The notes under the pieces are model-generated. The model was not told the DNA's origin. It searched no databases and saw nothing but the letters and a program-made list of their open reading frames with translations. Both the position numbers and the translations under genes were made by a program. A DNA stretch of 64,000 nucleotides from Phoronis australis (Eukaryota; Animalia; Phoronida), in assembly GCA_002633005.1 (NCBI GenBank), contig NMRA01000024.1, positions 1,538,780 to 1,602,779 of the forward strand, in the 5' to 3' direction. This document shows, one piece after another, positions 42,901 to 54,900 of this stretch (position 1 is its first letter; each line of letters opens with the position of its first letter).

Positions 42901-45900
42901 GTACAAGAGAACACCAAATGATGAAATCCCTCTTTCCTTCCAGTAACCCGCGAGACAATACAACAGAGGACAAGATGATGTCCACGGGGACAAAATAACA
43001 GAATAGGCAGCCCACCAATGCGTATAACCCCCCCCCCACCATCACAAGCGAGCCATGTCGCCATACAGTAAGTAGCAGACGTACCTGGCATCTAGCGCCT
43101 GCTCAACTGTGAACGGGGTGAGAAGTCTCTCTCGACGGGCCTCCTGCAACACAAGAGGGAAATGCCTTTTAATTAAGTTCTATATTTCAACAGCATTGAA
43201 AACAGCAGAAAAGGCGCTGTCATTAGGCAGTTGTTTCAACCTTCGTTCGCATTTCAGTTTTGCCTTTAACTGTTCATTTCAAATAACCTGACACTTCACT
43301 AAAGACTAAAATACACTTGACTCTGCTTAATAACGTATCAGACCATGGAATAATGTGATTGTTGTCGTAAAAGTTCGGAAAACTGAATCATTTCCAATTA
43401 AACTCGTGCAAAGCAACCCGCATAATGTCATAATTTTAGGATAATGTCTCCACAAAATCATCAAAATTGATCTTTACCATTTACATTAATACTAGCATTA
43501 TGTACCTTCTCTTATCTAACTAAAAACTAACAAAATTCCTTATCAGTTCATCTATNCCCCCCACCATCACAAGCGAGCCATGTCGCCATACAGTAAGTAG
43601 CCGACGTACCTGGCATCTAGCGCTTGCTCAACTGTGAACGGGGTGAGAAGTCTCTCTCGACGGGCCTCCTGCAACACAAGAGGCAAATGCCTTTTAATTA
43701 AGTTCTATATTTGAAAAGCATTGAAAACACAGCAGAAAAGGCGCTGTCATTAGGCGGTTGTTTTAACCTTCGTTCGCATTTCAGTTTTGCCTTTAACTGT
43801 TCATTTAAAATAACCTGACACTTGACTAAAGACTAAAATACACTAGACTCTGCTAAATAACATGAAATAAGACCATGGAATAACATGATTGTTGTCGTAA
43901 AAGTTCGGAAAACTGAATAATTTCCAATTAAACTGATGCAAATCAACCCGCATAATGTGATAATTTTAGGATAATGTCTCCACAAAATCATCAAAATTGA
44001 TTTTTACCCATTTACATTAATACTAGCATTATGTACCTTCTCTTATCTAACTAAAAACTAACAAAATTCCTTATCAGTTCATCTATAACTAAATGGAATT
44101 CAGAGCAGGGGATAAAAGTCAGTCACTTTAATTAGTACATCACATGCAGTACATTTCCTTAATATGTATCCTTGATATCACTCTCACCGTGACTTTGACT
44201 GTCAGTGCTTCTTTAAGCCAATCCTCAGACAACTCCAACAGTAATGCCACCCAGCTGATCTCAGAGAGTTCACCAATTTCTACTCCATCGTGAACGTCAG
44301 ACTGAAAGAAGAATCCAGGAAACATAACAGACCTACATCGATAAGAAATCATAAAATTCAAGAAGATAGTAACATTAATGATATGACTTAAGCCCGATTT
44401 AGGAGAACAGAATCTAAGACAAAACAAACAGTCTGCTCACCCCTTTCACTTTGAAGTAAACATTTCCGATATGCAGAATGGCCGACAATATCTTGAAGAT
44501 GTTGTCTTGCTCATCGACATCAAATGCCAATACTTCCATGGCTGCCTTGAGCTTACTGAAATCTCGCCCGTCATCCTTACTCTCAATTTTCCAACTGCCT
44601 CCCTGTAAACACAACAGTCAACGCTAATGACAATAAAAGTTAAACAACGGTAGATGATATTGATTTTGGATGCACCACGCACAGGGCCATAGGAAGTAGG
44701 GTGAGCGGGGAAAGGGGTACGTGTCCCTTCAATAATTTGGAGCAACAGAGACTTAACTTACACTGACGATTTGTGTGAAAAATAAGATTTGTAATAGAAA
44801 TCATGGGGCAGATACCTTTCATTTACCTTGCCAAGAACTTCCATCGGTGATAGCACTTTTCAGTTTCCGACAATCCGTATCATAATTTTATGACACAGGG
44901 CTTAAAATGCCCAGTGACAAAAAAAGAGGAAAATTTTCCAGGCGATGTATAGGCTTGAGCGATAAAAATATTTTTTGTGTTTTAAAATTTAAGCGAAACA
45001 AATGTTTTTGTACAAATGAAGTCAACATAATGATAAAAAATAGATAAAAAATGGAAAAATGGAAATCAAATAAGGGGAAATCCTCTAAAAAGAGGAAAAT
45101 TCCAAGTCCTAAACTGACATCAGTTTTCAATTTTTACAAACAATCACGAGGGTTAGTCATAACACATTCCCAACATCTCGTTCTTAAACTGGGAAACATT
45201 GACCTCCATAACCATACAGCTGAGCTCACCCTGGTTAGATAGAAGTAGTCGTCGGGTCTCAGTAGACCGTAACTCTTCTTAGACTCGCCATCCATTCCGA
45301 CCAGCATCTCGTAGAACACGTGATAGTTCCGCTCACCGTTGTTCTGAGTCACAATCCGAGATTTCTCCAGTAGATACTCGGAATTCTTTGCGCCAGTGAT
45401 TTTTCCGCTAGAAACAAGGATTTAGAATTATAGTTTTACCACAGCTCACACGTGTACCCCACATACATACATATATCTATATAAACCAAGGTACAACATA
45501 TGGTAATTTGTTAACTTAGTTTATACAGGACCCAATCGAAAAGGAAGTATATTTAGCCTGGGTCTTTGTCCTCAAATTCACAAAAAAATTAAAACGAAAA
45601 ATCCATGAAATAGTTTTGAGTTCGATTTCAAGTACAGAAATTAGACCCCAGGCCATGATTGTAAATTTCAGCAACGATACATTGTAATTACAGTAACTTC
45701 TGATTCAAAAAACGTTTTACTTAATAATCTTAGATACACGTACTTTTGAAAGTAGACCTCTACATATTTCCCAAATCGGCTTGAGTTGTCGTTTCTAATT
45801 GTCTTGGCATTTCCAAATGCTTCCAGTATTGGGCTAGCTTCAAGGATTTGCTCTGAAATGGAGAATGAATGGCCATCTTGAAGTTAGATTAAACCTGTTT

Positions 45901-48900
45901 TACTAAGTTCATGGAGACCATGGACACTGAATGGTCAACTTGAAGTAAGATAAATCAGTTTTACAAAGTTCATGGAGACCATGGAGAATTAGTCACCTTG
46001 AAGTTAGATAAACCAATTTTACTAAGTTCATGGAGACCATGGAGAATGAATGGTTATCTTGAAGTTAGATAAACTTGTTTTACTAAGTTCATGGAGACCA
46101 TTAAACCGGACAACATTACTGCAAAGATTAAAAAATAATGCAATACAACATACAGCAAAGACACTGGTGGAAATGGCACTAAAACTTTAACAAGGGCAAA
46201 TTTCAAGAAAAAATGCTCAAGACTCTAGTTAGAAATGTTGCATCATGCTCCCAGTCTGCTACACCAGAAGAAAGTTTTGACAAATCACACCTTAATAATT
46301 TATACAAATTCTCTGATAAAACAGCATTTTGGGGCATGTTCTCGGATACTTTGCAGTTTGTTGTAATGCGATTAAATTATCATTCGAAAATTGTAGCGTG
46401 GAGCCAGCCACTACATTTCTGATTTTAGTCGCGATGACAGTTTCAACAAAACCTGGACTGTCAGGTTCAAAAGAAATGCTCGATTTGAAGCACCATGCCA
46501 TGATGGGAATTTACATCAAAAACACATTGTGAGCCATTATGTTTAAGTGTCAAGCACTTATAGAATAATAAAAGTAGTACTGCACTGTATACAAAGATAC
46601 AAAATGTTGGGGACACAAAAATATTGAAGCTGGAAATAGGGCACTCAAGGCGTGAAAAGACGCATCCTGAAATGGCACAGCACCACTCTTCTACATACAA
46701 GGTACTAGTCACTATGTTATTCGTCATTGTAACAAGGGAAAACTTGTACCAATGCATTTGCAATGTCCACATCAAGACGTGGGCTAAAAGGCAACAGATC
46801 AGTGGATTGCAAAATATCGAGTTTACAAATTATTAGAATACCAGAATATTTGGAATTGTTTGAGGGAGAGAGGGTGCCTGTTTTGTAATTGTGAAAGTAA
46901 GATAATTTCAAAAACGACCTTAATATTGCTTGTGCCTAGGAGTTTATACAGTGACCATCTTGGCCGTCTTTTGCCGGGGACGGCCAGAATTTTATTTTGG
47001 ATGGGTTCAACTGGACAGCCGGAGTTAAAAGACGAGCAAAATTTTAAAAAGTTGCTTGAAATGATGACCACTTTCTCAATATTACCAGCTGGTCGACTGT
47101 CGCTCAAGTAAATAGGCCATCGGTTGATTGCTGCTGAACACTTTACCTCTGTGCTAGTTTTTGGGCTTAGTCAACACTGGCACCTCCAGTATGAACGTTG
47201 CATTCTTTTTTAAGTAAAATGTTCCCACATATTGTTTCAAATAAGAATGTATGGGCTTCATTGTTAATGTCATTGAATAAACAAGTGTTTTTATCAATGA
47301 TACATTTTAATTCCACTTCATTGTACTATGTTATTACACGGGTGGATACACCACTCCATGGCACCGCGGCCGCAGCAGTACCGACAGACCACCAACGCTC
47401 GCCGGATCTCCCATGTTTGGTCAATTGTTCTTTAGAAAATTTGAACTTTCAGTTTTGGAATCCTGGATAAACCCCTGCTTGTGCCATTGCAACATGTTCA
47501 AATTATTCATGTAATACATTTCTAACGTTTGGTAAATTGAAAAAAGTAGGCAACAACTTTGATCCACTTTATCTTGGTGCACGATATAACACACACAAGT
47601 GACACAGTTTGTGAATAAACGAAAAAGTTGAGAAACCATGCACAGACACCACTTTCTTACCGACAAACAAGGTGCCCCACATACTAGCTGCAAATGCAAT
47701 GGCAAACAAGATGACAATACATTGTACACACAGCCAGTCCCACACCCAGTCTCTCAGACACTAACACCAGCCACAGCTGGACAAGGGAGTATGCGCTGCA
47801 TCCATTTCAGTGAACGCCAATGTCGGTTAAAGCAACAAACCAAAATTTAAGAAATTTCAGTTTCTCAAAACGTGCTAGGCAGTAACAGACAAACAGTTGC
47901 AACACCACAGATCACAGCCCAATCAACAAACTTGAGATTGAACTATTAACCCTGCTTTGGTAATCCTTCTACTTAGCACGACTTCCAAGATTTCTCTTTC
48001 AAAATGATACTTAAGATTAATCAAAGGGTCATCAGGTACAAATTTGTACGGGAGAGAAAGAAAAAACATAGCTTAATTATTGAGTTACCTGGTGGCATGT
48101 GATGGCACAAGCTGTGACAATTAGCAGATTGTGGAAATACAGTACAGTCAGAGAAGACAACTTCAAAACTAATCTGGAATTCTATTTTGATTTCAGAAAT
48201 CGCATCTTGAGACCAAATCAATACAACTGTGCCTAAAGAATTAACGCACCGGTCACCAAGTTATTCTTGGACCTGTTGACCGCGGCCAAGTATTGCATGA
48301 GGAGTTTTGTACTTTCAGTTTTCCCAGCGCCTGATTCGCCAGAGATGACGATCACCTGACTCTGATTGTCCTTCATCATCTTGGAGTAGGCGGAGCTACC
48401 GATGGCGAACAAGTGCCTGTACAACAAAGTATCATTTTCTCACATTAAAAATCAAATGGGCATTGATAAAATTCATGAAACACCATAATGTAAAGCAACA
48501 CACACAGGCGTTAATCCAGAAAACTATGGTAAGTAGGGTAAAATATCACCAATTTATGACACAATATGGCGGACAGGTGAAATTTTGTTTTCTCATTTTT
48601 TCATAAAAGACGAACAGCAACGGAATGATGCTTCGCCATATCTAACGTCTCTGTCGTAGCTACCAACAGACAGTACTTTGAATGATTTTACACATTCACA
48701 AAAAAGTTAAAAGCCTCAAAAATGAAAAATACGTGTAATTTTGGCAATTATTTTTACCGAAATTGATGAGATTTCTACAACGCACCACTTGGCAGAATAC
48801 ACCTGTCCATCACCCTATACACCTTTATACAGTAAAATCTCACCAATTTAGGGCACATTATGGCAGACACGTGAACTTTTATTTTCTTGTCTTTTTCCCA

Positions 48901-51900
48901 TAAAAACAAGTAACACCAAATTAAAACTTACAGATCTGTACCATGACTACTGACAGACAATACTTTGAAAAATGTGGACTTTTCACAACGATGTTAGAAG
49001 CCCTTAAAAATTGTAAAAAAGAGTGTTTTCTCCAATTTATTATTCTTTTGGTCCAAAATTGGTGAGATTTTTCTGTACTGTGCACTTCAATAATTATTAC
49101 TTCTAGCATTAATTTGCAGTGCTATAAACACAACATTAATGCAACAGATTCATTAATCTTATCAGTACTTTGATTTACAATTATTGTCCCAATTATTACT
49201 TCTGCTGATTTATAACTTTCATTATACATGTGTGCGTCAATTTCCTCAAAGCCCCAAGCAGCAGCACTTCCGAGGTCAAATTCAAACTGAAATAGACGGA
49301 CTTCACAGAGAAGCATCCAAAAGCAGAGGCAATGTTTAACTTCATCTGGCCCCCTGGGACACTGTCTAGAACTCTGACCATTGATTTGCCTTTCAACGGA
49401 GACTTTGATCAAATAACAACACCACCTCTCATGTAAATAGCAAGATATTCAAGCAATCAAAATGATAAAAGGAAATACAACAAAAGAAAACTACAACAAA
49501 AAGACTACTGCATGAGACTTCAAAATATATCAACTTACCTATCAGACAAACAATAGACAGGTACAACTAATAGTTATTGGTTTTAGACAGTCAGTTCTAG
49601 AGATCACAAGATCTAGCCTACAACATGGTGTTATTCAGGAAACTATGATGTACAATTCTGTCCAGTGAATAGTTAGGTAGGAAAGCGATAAAAACAGTAT
49701 GTTGCATGCAACTGGAAAGACTTGCAAATATTTATCATATTGCACATTAATTTAAACAACAAAGCATTCAGCTGTTACTTTACTCATAGACTGACCCCTG
49801 CAGGAAATTCAAATCTTCACTGGTTTCTCAAAACTATTATTTTATAACTAAGTGCGCAATGCAACAGCACCTGAAAGATCATAAGGTTAGCTTGCTGGTG
49901 CGCCGTGCTGCAATTCAAATCAGAACATAGTGGAGCCCCTTATCATATACTTGAAACTTTCACTTAACATTTTGCTAACCAGAAGACACCCGGAATCCAA
50001 GATATTTCAGCATAACATTTAGTTTTGAAATTTCTTATCCACTGAGACGAAATGTGCACTTTTATCCCAGAGCACCAGTTTGTAATCATGGATAACCACC
50101 TTTTAATTATGGAAAATGGTTAAACGTACATTCATTAGAAATCTGGTATGAAAATCTGATGGGCACGCTGGAATGTTCTATGATCCATTGTACTGCATAG
50201 GGATGAAGTGAAGTACAACAAAATTTCGATAGTTTTGCTTGGGTTTTACTGATCAAATTATTCAGCCTGTGGTATTAAATAGATTATTACATATTCTCGA
50301 TCATTATTTCCTTTTAAGATCCCTCGTGAAATTTGGAAGAATTATCCCCCTCGGTTGTAGCAGACTCAGGAGGTAAGTCCTACAAATCTCGCAGTCTGGA
50401 ACCGGAAAGTAACAGCCTTGCCACGTATCATTACAGATTAAGTTGTGCCTAGTGTAAGTCATAGTAGACTGAACACCATGGACACTAACTCCGCAAGTCA
50501 ACAGATCTAATCTTCAAACACTTACTCTCAACTCCAAATTATTTTTTGAAAATTTTTTGATTTACTTTCCACAAACTTAAGATGCTTCTCGATAATTTGA
50601 GCTCGAGTAAATCGTAATTCACCTGAGTGTCTAATTCTAGTTTGCACTTGATTTCCCCAACGTCAAGGATACTGTTCGAAATTGACCACAAAATCACGAG
50701 TTTGGACTAGAGATTTTATAGCTCAAATCTAAGGTCCATCAAGTGTAAACTTGAGACTTCACTCTCATTTAAATAAAACACGAAATAATCAAGAACACAA
50801 CCACAGACAACTATTTTGAAATTGAAGTACACGTAAACCAGAAAATATGAAAACAATTGGAGTTAGAGCTCAAATATGCGTATTAGATCCTCAAAGGAAC
50901 AGATGTCATGTGAGTGCACATAGTATTCATACACCGTCATGTCAGTGCACGTAAGTATTCATATACTTTCACACCATTTAAGACATTGGTTGCCATGGTA
51001 ACACATGCATCAATACAATTCCCAAACTATCCAAGGCTCTAACACAAACACAAGATGGCGCAGGGTCCAAAAAACTTGCTCCAAAATTGACCATAGACGT
51101 GTCCACAGGGGGTAATATTTTGGAATTAAATGTCATAATTGCCGCTTGTATGCAACACAAAACAAAATGTCCAAGCGTAATTCTTTACAGGAACCATCCA
51201 GAACAGCTTGCAAAGGAACACTACTTACGGAGGTTGAGTGCCGAGAACTTGGCCTTCGTATTTTCTGACCATGTTGAGCCCGTAAATGTTGAACATTTTG
51301 TATGGGTTGACTGCCACCAGGATACTTCCAACATACGTCTGTAAGAACAAAATATAAAATATTAAGAAATTAATATAATTACTCAGCTGACCTTCAAATA
51401 CATTGTTCATTTCCACTCACCCGTCTGAGAAACGGAGGTCTGTCGGTATTTTCCACTCACCTTTGCTGGAGGCACCATTGAGTGTCACATTCCCACATAA
51501 TAACTTAAATTAGCGCATGATGAGACAATACCTAAGCTAACATTTGGAGTTTACCCCAAATGCCTAAGCAAGCTGAAGCCAGGCTGTGATTAATTTGACA
51601 TAATCAATTCACAAATTAATGCTGGTCACTTAACGGCGACTCTAAAAAAAATCTATCTTTTAAGATCTCTTATTTGTAATGCTTCAATTTTAAGAATTCA
51701 AAGACAATGAATGTGTATTTTTCAATTTTAAACACAGTCATGTTGGTCATTTGTCTTACTCATTGTTCGTTTTTTACTTTGAAACTCGTAGGCTAAACAG
51801 GCGTGTTGGTTTACGACCGCAATTATCATATTCAGCACGTTCATCCAAGCCCATGAATAGCGAGCAGCTCAGTTCTTTCAATCTGTGACGGCGCCATCAA

Positions 51901-54900
51901 GTCTGATGTGCCGACGAATTCCCTAGATACGCTTTCTTATCCATTTGCGTGCAAATCTTGTTAGCGCAAGATTTTCCTAATGGAGATTTTTCCACAACAG
52001 CAATAGCAGTAGTAGTTGTAATAGTGTCTATTTTACTTCTGTAATAACCAAGACAAAATTCACTGAGGGCATGTGCTGCCACCTCCCAGTTGAGGGAAAC
52101 ACTTTTGAAGTTGGGGTGAGGTGGAATAAAATCTACCAACGCGAGATGCACACGAGATAACTTCAAGCACACAATAACACCATGCGATGCAGAAGTGTTT
52201 TTGGCATTACTTAGAACAATAATAATAGCCACGCTTTAACTTTTCAAATGCTGACATGTGCTATTCTACGCCAGTTACACAATAGAGAACCACACTCATT
52301 GTTGTAGAAAAATTTGACAATATTAGTTTCACTGTTCAACAATACTTAGCACTAAATGGTAAAACTACACCTAAGTTGCAAATGTAACGAATTGTAAGCC
52401 ACCTTGTATTGTTACAAAGGCGTAACAAATTTATTCTATGCATGGTAAAACATGAATGTAGAGATGCGAAAACTAGTGAAATGAGCTCTTTGAAAGCTAC
52501 GTCAGGCAGAAAAAGAAAAACCAATATACTCACATAGATATTCTGATGGTCATATCTCTTATTCAAATTCGTCAGAAGAGCATTTTCAGTTAAGTCGCTG
52601 CAATGAAAAACCTTCAGGTCAACATCACCATTTAAAATGAGGTTTGTAGCACAAGCTTTCAGCAATAAAAGTCTTCTATCGAAGATTTTTTTTCTTGCTG
52701 GTTAAGATTTAAATTCCTAAATGCACTTAAATATCAGCAGTGGCCAAGAACACGTTTTTTTTCACAGTAAAATCTCACCAATGCTGGGCAAAAGTAATCG
52801 CCAAATTGCCCAATTTCATTTCATTTTTGAAAAGCTCTAAGCTTTGTTGAAAGTGGCCACAATTTAAAAGAGATTGTTTCATAGCAGCTGTGGTGTAAAA
52901 CTTGAAAAGTAACAAAGCATCTATACGTGGAGCTATTCATCTTTTAAGCAAAAAGTGAAAAATAATACTCAAATTTTCCACAAAACAGTATCTTAACTGA
53001 GTGAGATTTTACTGTTAATTTCAATCCTATAGCTTGTTGAGAATCAATCTGAATGAGGCAAACAGGCTTACTGATTACATATTGACAGTATGGCTCAATT
53101 ACTACGCTACCCTTTAGTCTACTGTCCGAAGGTAAAATGATATTTCATCGCAACTACTCCTCAAGCACTCCATAACACGCTTTTTAATGAAGAAAAGCAA
53201 AATTTGTTTTAAATATTACATACAAGTTCTGCAAGTTTTAGTGTTCAGTTCTTTATTAATTGATGAGGCTACCCTCATTATAAATATTACATTAATAAAT
53301 AACTGAATTAATTAATCAAAACAACAGATGCTCACTGGCAAAGATTTCAAATTAACTCAAAACCAAGGCAAGTGAGACATAAACGAAAGCAATTGAGATA
53401 GATATATTTCTAGGAAATAAACCAACAATGTCACATGTCAGGCCTGCAATTGCGAAAGTAGAGCAAGTAAATACACTTAGTCTTTTGATAACAAGACCAA
53501 AGCCCCTTGACTGGTTGCAATACACTGTACATTTATGGCATGCAGTCTGGCCTCAGTTCTGAGTAGTGTCAGAAAAGTTAGATGACTGGCATGTCACAGG
53601 ATGCCAATCCCCCTCGCTAACTAGCAAAATACTGGCATCTACACTGACAGCAGAGAAAATGCCAGTAATGCAAAGGGTTGCAATTTTTGCTGAGCAACAT
53701 GGCTGCGGTTTTTGCTAGGACTTTTGTAGCAAGACTTTTTACTTCAAAGAGAACACATGATCCATGGTAAGGAGGACATTGAGTAGTGTTGAATAAAACA
53801 ATTTATTGTGGTTCTTCGACATCAAATTTCACTTTGCAAATCATTTGGGCAGTGAAGTAACTTCTAGCTAAAATGGTCTATTTCTGGACTGCACATCTGT
53901 CTGCTTCAAACCTTTTTTTTAAACAGCAGCACTTTCACCACAGAAAATGACAATCGTTTTTGAAACCTGTGTGACCCTGCAGCCCCTTCTAATCATTAAC
54001 AAGAACAATGTAAAGCTTTGAAATTGGCATAAGACTGCACAACAGATATTACACTTCTAGGCCACTGGTTGAAGCAAAATATGACAAATCCGGATGAAAT
54101 TGGAAAGTCCTATCATTCCCCTATTAGAAACTTATTTGCCAAATTTTATGATAAGCTGTCCATGGTCTCCAAATACTGAAAATATAAAATGACCAAAAGT
54201 TAACGCAGAATAATTCTAATCTATGTAAAAATAGAATGGTTTTATCATCTCCGTAATAGAGCTATTAACCTTTGGATAATTTAATAACATTCTCTCAAGG
54301 AACTTGCCAGGCAACAAATTCTCGAAGGGAACACGACAACCAATTTTCAAACAGCTCCTACAAGCAGTTTGCCAGACAGAGACAGACATCAAAAAAAAAC
54401 AGGCTTGTAAATAATAAAAATGGTTAATAGGTGGCGCAGAATTCTTTGAATCCATCCCAAAATGGAACCACTTCATCGCTTCCCTAATAGCAAACTATTT
54501 CTTCTGATAACACGCCATTTACCCATAATGCACTTTTCTCCCTATGGTTCACTTCTGTCTAAAGTATTCTGACAAAAGGACTTGGAACTCCCCGCTTTGA
54601 CAGCTGGTTTCCCTCACTACCCAGAATGACAGAGAATAAACAGGAAAGCTAGAAAGGTGATGCTTTGTGATTCTGTAATAACAATTTTTCTCCCATAATA
54701 GTTATTGCCCGTTGTTAATGAAGAATTTGTCATGACAGGGAAATGGTACGTCTAATAACTTTTGTCGTGTACTGTCGCTGAACAGTGAGTTACAAATCCA
54801 ATATCAAAAATCGATTATAGTTAGATGTTCATACTTCACTGACTCCGTTAGTTCAGAGGCATACACTGCCTAATCTTTCGAAAATTAGCCTAAGGTCAAT

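Larger units (their letters stand above)
43032..44086. repeat. ~525-bp tandem duplication joined by a single N at 43556
   Basis: 43032-43555 vs 43557-44086, scattered SNPs and small indels. Confidence 0.95.
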
